Origin: an uncultured archaeon
GTDB taxonomy: Archaea > Aenigmatarchaeota > Aenigmatarchaeia > Aenigmatarchaeales > Aenigmatarchaeaceae
Assembly: GCA_964608725.1 (NCBI GenBank)
Contig: CAZSPB010000003.1
Location: 55,645 to 119,644 of the forward strand
Direction of reading: 5' to 3'
DNA length: 64,000 nucleotides
In this document: piece after piece, positions 57,358-64,000 of the stretch
How the letters are laid out: every line of letters begins with the position of its first letter
Numbering within the stretch: the first letter of the stretch is position 1
The notes under the pieces: model-generated
Databases searched by the model: none
What the model saw: only the letters and a program-made list of their open reading frames with translations
What the model was told of the DNA's origin: nothing
Made by a program: the position numbers and the translations under genes

Positions 57358-57696
57358 ATGCTAACTACTTTAGAAAAATTTAGAAAAAAGTATAATTTTC
57401 ACAAAAAGGAAGTTGAGAATCTTTATGAAAAAGTTAAGAGGGTAAAATGTGGGAACTTTGAGAATTGTTATCTTAAACTTAATTTGTGGAGGAATATTGA
57501 GTACCATTTAGAAATGGAGGAAAGTTATTTAATAACTATTGGTAGAGAGTTGAAAGGACTTTTATCAGAAGAATGTGAAAGTAAGCTTTTTGATGAAATT
57601 AGAAAATTAAGAGAAATTCACAACTTAGCTCAACTTGAGTTAGAAGAATGTGAAAAATGCTTTTTTGAAAAGTTCGCACAAGTTTATAAAGGTTAA
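57358..57696 (+). CDS. Hypothetical protein
   Basis: 112-aa ORF. Confidence 0.25.
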   Translation: MLTTLEKFRKKYNFHKKEVENLYEKVKRVKCGNFENCYLKLNLWRNIEYHLEMEESYLITIGRELKGLLSEECESKLFDEIRKLREIHNLAQLELEECEKCFFEKFAQVYKG

Positions 57697-57762
57697 AAAT
57701 AAAGTTATATTGCCTAAAATGCGTTTTCTGCGTTTTAAGGCAAATGAACGGAGGAGAAGATA

Positions 57763-57990
57763 TTGAGAAGGAAAAGATTCAACAAAGGCTTTAGCAGGCC
57801 ATTTAGGGAAGCCCCTGTTAAAGAGGGTGAAGAATACGATGTAACAATTTCAGAAATTTCAAGAAGAGGAGATGGAATAACCAGAATAAAAAATTTTGTC
57901 GTATTCGTTCCTCGTACAAAAAAAGGAGACAAAGTCAAAATAAAAATAAAAGAGTTAAGAGGGAGAGCGGCCGTCGCTGAAGTTATATAG
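57763..57990 (+). CDS. Stand-alone TRAM-domain protein
   Basis: 'EYDVTISEISRRGDGITRIKNFVVFVPRTKKGDKVKIKI' TRAM OB-fold pattern. TTG start with a GGAGGA Shine-Dalgarno sequence. Confidence 0.55.
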   Translation: MRRKRFNKGFSRPFREAPVKEGEEYDVTISEISRRGDGITRIKNFVVFVPRTKKGDKVKIKIKELRGRAAVAEVI

Positions 57991-57993
57991 GGT

Positions 57994-58926
57994 TTACTTT
58001 CTAGGGTAAACCCCTTTTTTCATTATAACTCTATCAGTCTTTACAGCTATTCCCCTTCTTTTTTTATAAATTTCTTCAGAACTCATAACAGCTTTTCCTA
58101 ACGCTACTAACTCTCCTTTTAAAGAGAATATTGCAACCATATCCCCTTTATTTATATTATCTTCAAGTTTAACTATTCCTGGAATAGCTAAAGGAGCACC
58201 ATTACAAATGTTCCATATAGCAGTATCAGAAATAACTATCTTTCCAATTGTCTCAACTGCTCTTTCTAGTGGTAGTATAACTTCCCTTACTTTTTCTTCA
58301 TCATTCATAGCATGAAACAAGTCTTGTAAAGTTATCGCATCATCTTCACTAAAATTTCCACTTTTAGTTCTTCTTAACTCTTGCAAGTGAGAACCTATAC
58401 CAAGTTTTTTACCAACATCAACTGCAAATCTTCTAACATAAAAACCTGCTTCACAACCTATTTTGAATAAAACATTCCTTCCATCTTTCTCTAAAAACTC
58501 TAAATAATAAATCTCCCTTTCTCTCACCCTTCTTGCAACTGCTGATCTTAAAGGGGGAAGTTGCTTAACTTTTCCTTTAAATTGAGAAAAAACTTCCTTT
58601 ACTTTTCTTTCACTAACATCTTTATGAAAATGAATGACACCAACATACTCCTTTTTTGAAGAAAGCAAAATTGGCATCAACTTTGTTGAATTTTCTAAAG
58701 CAATTATAAGTACACCTGAAACTCTAGGGTCAAGAGTTCCTCCATGAGAAAGCTTTTTCACTCCAACTATCTCTTTCACCCATCTATCAACTTGGTGAGA
58801 AGTTGGTCCAACAGGTTTATCTAAAACTATTATACCATTTCTTATATGCTCGTCTAATGACCTTGATCCTGGATAACATCCAAATGGAGTTAAAGAAGCT
58901 TCTTCTTTTTTTACTAACCAACTCAT
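57994..58926 (-). CDS. cbf5: tRNA/rRNA pseudouridine synthase Cbf5 (TruB family with PUA domain)
   Basis: 'GIIVLDKPVGPTSHQV', 'GGTLDPRVSGVL' and a C-terminal PUA domain. Confidence 0.8.
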   Translation of the reverse strand: MSWLVKKEEASLTPFGCYPGSRSLDEHIRNGIIVLDKPVGPTSHQVDRWVKEIVGVKKLSHGGTLDPRVSGVLIIALENSTKLMPILLSSKKEYVGVIHFHKDVSERKVKEVFSQFKGKVKQLPPLRSAVARRVREREIYYLEFLEKDGRNVLFKIGCEAGFYVRRFAVDVGKKLGIGSHLQELRRTKSGNFSEDDAITLQDLFHAMNDEEKVREVILPLERAVETIGKIVISDTAIWNICNGAPLAIPGIVKLEDNINKGDMVAIFSLKGELVALGKAVMSSEEIYKKRRGIAVKTDRVIMKKGVYPRK

Positions 58927-58998
58927 GATTGATTTAAAATAGAGGGAGCTAGGATTTAAATCTTTAGTATCAACAAATATCGTTTACGGGTTCTCTAA

Positions 58999-59610
58999 TC
59001 ACCATTTAAATTTTTCTCTTCTCAGAAACTTACATAACTTAATAATATTGCCTGCTATTTTTGATGCATCTTTCAGGACCCAATCATCCCATATAACTCT
59101 TCCTTTTTTCACAACTCCCTCTCTACCAGGATAGAATAGTAAACCGTATGGTGGGATAAGTAGTCCGAGATGATTTAAAGCACTTGCCATGGATAATACT
59201 GCATTAACCCTTCCGCCTTCATCCTCTCTAGAAACAGCAAAGAAAACACCTACTTTTCCTTCTAATAAGTAACCACCAGTGGCCATGCAAGTAAGCCTAT
59301 CGATGAAATTCTTCATTAAACCGCTCGTGTTAAACCAGTAGACTGGCGTTCCAAATACAATAGCATCAGCCTGTTCTAACAATGGATAGATTTTTTGCAT
59401 ATCATCTTTCTGTATGCAAGGATACTTGCAAAGTTTGGGACTTTTGCTATAACAACCGAGACAAGGATTGATCTTATGATCAATTAGATGAATTAGTTTG
59501 GTCTGTCCGTTGTATTTTTTGATCTTCCTGAGGAACTTATTAAGCATTAGTGCTGTTGTACCCTCTTTATGAGGTGAGCCATTAATCCCGACAACGAATA
59601 TTTTTGTCAT
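58999..59610 (-). CDS. Flavodoxin-like NAD(P)H-dependent FMN reductase/iron-sulfur flavoprotein
   Basis: 'IFVVGINGSPHKEGTT' flavodoxin-fold N-terminus and a CxxC pair. Confidence 0.5.
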   Translation of the reverse strand: MTKIFVVGINGSPHKEGTTALMLNKFLRKIKKYNGQTKLIHLIDHKINPCLGCYSKSPKLCKYPCIQKDDMQKIYPLLEQADAIVFGTPVYWFNTSGLMKNFIDRLTCMATGGYLLEGKVGVFFAVSREDEGGRVNAVLSMASALNHLGLLIPPYGLLFYPGREGVVKKGRVIWDDWVLKDASKIAGNIIKLCKFLRREKFKW

Positions 59611-59691
59611 AAGTTAAGTTTAGAAATTTTTAACATATAAATCTTGTAATAAAATTTCTAAAGATCAAAGCAGATTGATAGCTAACAATCT

Positions 59692-60036
59692 TTATGAGCT
59701 CTGTTTAGTTTCTTCTTGTTGTTTTTCTCCTTCACTCTTTGGTCTAGTTACCTTAGCAGGAACCTTTATTCCAAGCTTCTCTATCAAACCTGACTTCTTC
59801 CATAACTCTTCTATAACCGAATCTTCAGCTTTTTCATTGATCTCAAACTTATGCTCAGTTGGTTCCAGATGATTGATGTTACAGCGCCTTCTCTTTACTC
59901 CTGTTATCGTCTTGGGGCCTGTTATCAAAACAAAAGTATCATCAATCTTCTCAACTATAACAGCATACTTTCCTGCTTCCCTTCCAGCTATTTTTAAGCA
60001 TATCCTTCCTGGTTCTAACATGATATCACTCTCCAA
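59692..60036 (-). CDS. rpl14e: 50S ribosomal protein L14e (eL14)
   Basis: KOW-like 'GRICLKIAGREAGKYAVIV'. Confidence 0.7.
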   Translation of the reverse strand: MESDIMLEPGRICLKIAGREAGKYAVIVEKIDDTFVLITGPKTITGVKRRRCNINHLEPTEHKFEINEKAEDSVIEELWKKSGLIEKLGIKVPAKVTRPKSEGEKQQEETKQSS

Positions 60037-60241
60037 TTATCAAGTAAGGAATTCTTTTGTAACTAACTATGAAAATCATAGTTATTATTGAAAGGAAAAC
60101 GAAAGCAAAAACTATTCCCATTAACAAGTTTGGCTCATTTCCAAAAAATGCTTCATACTCTATTGAAATTAGTATTGGGATAAAAAGGATTAAAATAAAC
60201 CATGCAACCCACTTTGGTAAGTATATTTTTTTAAATTTCAT
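60026..60241 (-). CDS. Small membrane protein
   Basis: 71 aa with two TM helices. Confidence 0.25.
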   Translation of the reverse strand: MKFKKIYLPKWVAWFILILFIPILISIEYEAFFGNEPNLLMGIVFAFVFLSIITMIFIVSYKRIPYLIIGE

Positions 60242-60334
60242 CTAAAACTTCCTCCACAACTTTTTCAACTAAATCTTTTTCAAAATCATTTTCATATTCT
60301 TCAACTTTCTTTTTTAAAGAGTAAGACTTTTCTT

Positions 60335-60589
60335 TCATTCTCCACCTCTCACAATATTTTTAAAATATTCCCTCATACACTTAGGACATAAATGAGGTAA
60401 GGGCCTTTCTGGTCTTCTTTTAACTTTTGGCAACTTTTTAATTTCGATTGGCCTTAACCTTTTCCTATTAAGCTTTGCTCCACAAACTCCACACCTTGCA
60501 TAACTTGGCCTTTTCTTTTCTTCATGAATAACTTTTCTTCCTCCAGGTGTTTTTTTCTTAATTCTCCTTTTTGATCTTGAAACTCTCAT
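60335..60589 (-). CDS. rpl34e: 50S ribosomal protein L34e (eL34)
   Basis: 'CGVCGAKL...CPKC' Zn motif and a basic composition. Confidence 0.7.
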   Translation of the reverse strand: MRVSRSKRRIKKKTPGGRKVIHEEKKRPSYARCGVCGAKLNRKRLRPIEIKKLPKVKRRPERPLPHLCPKCMREYFKNIVRGGE

Positions 60590-61056
60590 AACTCAACACC
60601 CATTAATTTCCTGAATAATTGTGTGAGAGGGAAAGTTATTACTATGTACCATGCTAAAAACCCAAAATCATCTCCAAAAAATGGTAAGGAAAATGGGAGT
60701 TTTACTATCGGGCCTTTAAAAACATAAGCCATCCACGGTAAAAGTATTAAAATTAAGATGAAAGTTAAAAACATTGGTTTTAAAGTTAACCTCATTTGTT
60801 TATGAGAAAGCATTAACATTTCGCTCAAAAGTCTGTTAGCTTCTTTTGGATTAGTTTTTTGAAGCTCTTTTATCTTCATTTGCTTTTCTTTTTGCTTTTC
60901 TTTAATTTCTCTCAGTTTATTTTGATCTATTAAAAACTTGTAAGGAAGAGTTACTAAAAAAGATATTATTATAGCTAAAATTAACTCGCTAATAAAGGGT
61001 GGTAAAGCTAAAAGAGGGGAAAATATTGAGTCCAAAACTAAAAAATATCCTTGCAT
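60586..61056 (-). CDS. DUF106/EMC3-TMCO1-like membrane protein
   Basis: Conserved position between adk and rpl34e; TM-coiled coil-TM layout. Confidence 0.55.
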   Translation of the reverse strand: MQGYFLVLDSIFSPLLALPPFISELILAIIISFLVTLPYKFLIDQNKLREIKEKQKEKQMKIKELQKTNPKEANRLLSEMLMLSHKQMRLTLKPMFLTFILILILLPWMAYVFKGPIVKLPFSLPFFGDDFGFLAWYIVITFPLTQLFRKLMGVEL

Positions 61057-61060
61057 AAAA

Positions 61061-61702
61061 TCACTTTACACTCAAAATTTTTAATATTTTCTCTACCATA
61101 ACTTCTGGAGGAATATCAATTTTATCACATGAAACTTTTTTTAATATTCCTTTTTCTTCATAATAACTTATTAAAGGTTTAGTTTTCTTTTCATATTCTT
61201 CTAATCTTTTCTTTATAGCTTCTGGAGTTTCATCTTTTCTCCTTATAAGTTTTCCTCCACAAATATCACAAATTCCTTCTTTTTTTGGTTTCAAAGTTCT
61301 TAAGTTATATATTTTCCCACATTTCTCACAAATAACTCTTGATGTTAACCTTTCGAGAAGTATCCATTCTGGAACATCTAAGTAAAGAGCAACATCTGGA
61401 GGTGCTATTTTTTCTAATTCTTTTGCTTGGTTTAATGTTCTTGGGAAACCATCTAGTATGAAACCATTTTTACAATCTTCTTTTTCTAATCTCTTTTTTA
61501 ACATTGAGATTATTATTTCATCTGGAACTAATTCTCCAGCGTTAACATATTTTTCAATTTCTTTCCCTAGAGAAGTTCCTTTTTTTACTTCTTCTCTACA
61601 TATGTCTCCTGTTGAAATGTGGGGAATTCTAAGCTTTGGACTTAACCTTGAGGCATAAGTCCCCTTCCCTGAACCTTGAGGTCCTAATATTATTATTTTC
61701 AT
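61061..61702 (-). CDS. adk: Adenylate kinase (long form with Zn-binding LID)
   Basis: P-loop 'GPQGSGKGT' and LID 'CEKCGKIYN...CDICGG'. Confidence 0.8.
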   Translation of the reverse strand: MKIIILGPQGSGKGTYASRLSPKLRIPHISTGDICREEVKKGTSLGKEIEKYVNAGELVPDEIIISMLKKRLEKEDCKNGFILDGFPRTLNQAKELEKIAPPDVALYLDVPEWILLERLTSRVICEKCGKIYNLRTLKPKKEGICDICGGKLIRRKDETPEAIKKRLEEYEKKTKPLISYYEEKGILKKVSCDKIDIPPEVMVEKILKILSVK

Positions 61703-63232
61703 TCACTCACCTAGGAATTTTCTTAGAGTAGGAGGCATGTCTTCATAGTGTTGAGTAATTATTTGTTGATAAAATTGATAAATTATCATAACAGTTAACA
61801 ATATTCCTGTTCCAGTTCCTATTGCAGAAGTTAAGTCTGCAAAAGCTGCAAGAAAACCTATTAAAGCTCCTCCCAAAACTGTTAAGGCTGGAATATATCT
61901 GCTTAAAACTTTCTCTATTATTCTAGGATCATGCCTAAATCCTGGAATAGTTAAATAAGCAGATTTGAACTGTTCTGCAACACTCTTTGGATCCATACCG
62001 GCTGTATTAACCCAAAAAATAGAAAATATTATTGAGCTTATAACATAAACACTTAAGTGAACTATTGCTCTCAAAGCACTATCAAAGCTTATAGATGGTA
62101 AATTGTAATATTGAAGTAAGAAATAACCAGTTACCATACCAACTATTGCTCCAATTATACCAAAACGAGCAGCATATTTTCTCCATAACCTTAAAGCAAT
62201 TAAAGCAAAACACAAAGCAAAAATGCTTCCAACTACAGTTACTATGATTAGGCCAACATCTCCTGAAGGATTTGAAAGGTAATACATTAAACCAGAGACT
62301 GGAACTCCTCGTTCATTGTAAGTTCCTAAGAAGGTTATCCCTTTACTATATAAAGCTCTTCCTAAGACTTGCAAATTAGCTAAAACAGCTGCTGTTAAAA
62401 TTACTGGAATGTTTGAAGTATACAATAATCTTATTGGCCATCTTCTAGCAGCAAACTTCCCAAAAGGGAGTGAAAATGCCATAGGTATCTCCACTTTAAT
62501 GTCTTGAATGTATAATGTCATTATAAAAACTATGGCCGTTGCTATAAGGGGCAATAAAGAGAAAAATAGTGGAGTTCCTTCCATTAAAGAAGCTATGAAA
62601 CCTGGAATTATTCCTGCTGGTGGCTCACCATAAACAGGTAATTCCCCAGCTTGAGTTAATGGGTTGAAAATTCTTATGAAAATAGTTTTTGAAACTCCTG
62701 CAGCTATAAAAAGAGAAACTCCTGAACCTATTCCCCATTTCGAAGTTACTTCATCAAAAAGCATTATTATTATTCCTCCTAAAGCTAGCTGTAAAATTAT
62801 GAAAAGAGAAAATGATGGATGCATTGGAGGTATAGCACCTGCAAACACATAAGCTACAGCTTCTATGAAACAAAAAGCTATAGTTAACAATTTCTGAGCT
62901 GATGTGAATTTCTTTTGGCCCTCTTCGCTTCTTAAATTCCAATCAATTATTTTACTTCCTACTAAAAGTTGTAATATTATAGAAGCTGTAACTATTGGCC
63001 CTATACCAAGTGTTATTAAAGAACCGAATCTTGAACCAAAAACTATTTCCAAAAATTCAAAATGGGCAACTGCATCAGGATTTACTCCCCAAATTGTTAT
63101 TGAACCTAGAATGTAAAATAAAACTAAAACTAGTAAAGTCCATTTTGCTTTTTCTTTAAAATTTAGTCTGTATTTTGGTTTTTCAACTGTTGGTACAAAC
63201 TTTGTTAAAACTCCCCAATTAAACATGTTCAA
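61703..63232 (-). CDS. secY: Preprotein translocase subunit SecY
   Basis: Ten-TM topology with a SecY-like sequence, downstream of L15. Confidence 0.85.
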   Translation of the reverse strand: MNMFNWGVLTKFVPTVEKPKYRLNFKEKAKWTLLVLVLFYILGSITIWGVNPDAVAHFEFLEIVFGSRFGSLITLGIGPIVTASIILQLLVGSKIIDWNLRSEEGQKKFTSAQKLLTIAFCFIEAVAYVFAGAIPPMHPSFSLFIILQLALGGIIIMLFDEVTSKWGIGSGVSLFIAAGVSKTIFIRIFNPLTQAGELPVYGEPPAGIIPGFIASLMEGTPLFFSLLPLIATAIVFIMTLYIQDIKVEIPMAFSLPFGKFAARRWPIRLLYTSNIPVILTAAVLANLQVLGRALYSKGITFLGTYNERGVPVSGLMYYLSNPSGDVGLIIVTVVGSIFALCFALIALRLWRKYAARFGIIGAIVGMVTGYFLLQYYNLPSISFDSALRAIVHLSVYVISSIIFSIFWVNTAGMDPKSVAEQFKSAYLTIPGFRHDPRIIEKVLSRYIPALTVLGGALIGFLAAFADLTSAIGTGTGILLTVMIIYQFYQQIITQHYEDMPPTLRKFLGE

Positions 63233-63626
63233 CTGCCTTTCCTCCAGCTTTTTCTATTTTTTCTTTAGCTTTTTTAGAAAATTTTTTAGCTTTTATTATT
63301 AAAGGTTGAGAAAGTTCTCCTTTTGAAAGAACTTTATCATAACCAAATTCTGACAAATCTATTTCTTTTTTATTCAACTTTTTGGCAAGATTATCAACAT
63401 CTCTCAAATTTATAGCTTTCAATTCTTTTTTAGCTGCAGGAGGAACTTTAAACCCTTTTTTTCCAAAATGGTCTGGCTCATACTTTAGCATCCAAGATTT
63501 CATATGTTTTAGCATACCTGCTTTTCCTCTCCCTCCTCTTGAACCTGCCCCTCTATGATTTTTCCCCCATCCACAAGTTCTACTTCCTCTTTTCTTCCTA
63601 ATTTTTTTTCTTCTCCTAACAACCAT
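63219..63626 (-). CDS. rpl15: 50S ribosomal protein L15 (uL15)
   Basis: Gly/Arg-rich '[13 protein letters not shown]' N-terminal region. Confidence 0.8.
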   Translation of the reverse strand: MVVRRRKKIRKKRGSRTCGWGKNHRGAGSRGGRGKAGMLKHMKSWMLKYEPDHFGKKGFKVPPAAKKELKAINLRDVDNLAKKLNKKEIDLSEFGYDKVLSKGELSQPLIIKAKKFSKKAKEKIEKAGGKAVEHV

Positions 63627-64000
63627 TAAATCATCCTCTTTAACAATTTGTTAATTTCTTTTCCTCTATAACCTAACTCTCCTTTTGGGTAAGGTTGCTT
63701 TATGCTCTTTTTAAAACCTTTTGATGGTGGTCTTAATCTAAAAACTGGCTTTAGAACTTTCGGAATCTTTCCTTCACTCTTAATTTTTTCAAAAATTTCT
63801 TTAACTTCTTCTTTTTTTAGCCTCACATCTCCTTTTTTTCTTCCCCTTCTTTCTAACAATAGTTTCAAAGTTTCATCATCAATTTCTCCCCAAGTAACAT
63901 AATCTTTAACTTTTTTTAACATTCCTTTCAAACTATCTTCTTCCCTTATGAGAACACAATGCATTTTTCTATTCAACCTAAGCATTTTAAGAGTGTCTTG
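63626..64000 (-). CDS. rpl30: 50S ribosomal protein L30 (uL30), N-terminus beyond the window edge
   Basis: 'HCVLIRE...DYVTWGEID' uL30/L7e pattern; the frame stays open upstream of the M at 63985 through to 64000. Confidence 0.7.
   Translation of the reverse strand, partial: QDTLKMLRLNRKMHCVLIREEDSLKGMLKKVKDYVTWGEIDDETLKLLLERRGRKKGDVRLKKEEVKEIFEKIKSEGKIPKVLKPVFRLRPPSKGFKKSIKQPYPKGELGYRGKEINKLLKRMI

Noticed and set aside
57735-57938. 67-aa minus-strand ORF overlapping the TRAM-domain gene
   Set aside because: Overlaps the better-supported TRAM ORF (SD + TTG start, conserved fold pattern) on the opposite strand.
1-64000. CRISPR arrays, cas genes, rRNA genes, integrases/transposases
   Set aside because: No short regularly spaced direct repeats, no recognisable Cas motifs, no 16S/23S/5S-like segments, and no tyrosine/serine recombinase or DDE transposase motifs were seen. 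The only notable repeat is the 86-bp two-copy duplication at 47.4/47.6 kb.

Overview
AT-rich archaeal chromosomal segment, probably from a small-genome archaeon (DPANN-like or a hyperthermophile); organism assignment is low confidence. Proteins are K/E/I-rich, several tRNAs carry introns, and no tRNA encodes its CCA tail. Most of the window is informational housekeeping: (1) a spc-tail cluster L30-L15-SecY-Adk-DUF106-L34e-L14e at the 3' end; (2) an S13-S4-S11-RpoD ... L18e-L13-S9-RpoN cluster that is interrupted by inserted genes; (3) aRF1, ValRS, UDG, Bud32, S15, a RecJ-like DHH protein, S3Ae, Taw1, ThiI, GuaA-B-like, RNase J-like, MAT and Cbf5; (4) an SRP (7S) RNA; (5) six tRNA genes, two of them type-II-like with ~100-nt intervening sequences. 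Between about 45.9 and 54.1 kb there is an accessory, defence-island-like block: a 3-gene wHTH operon, an 86-bp direct repeat duplicating the 5' end of an HTH regulator gene, a Type II-like R-M pair (gamma-class amino-MTase overlapping a PD-ExK ORF), a Zn-ribbon gene, two tandem small Mrr/Hjc-like PD-(D/E)xK genes (one with an E-x-T variant), and a NurA-HerA pair not linked to Mre11/Rad50. A second notable locus at 30.9-35.6 kb combines a split ComDE/phosphonopyruvate-decarboxylase-like TPP enzyme, a radical SAM enzyme and three methyltransferases. All calls are from motif recognition by eye; no database searches were run.
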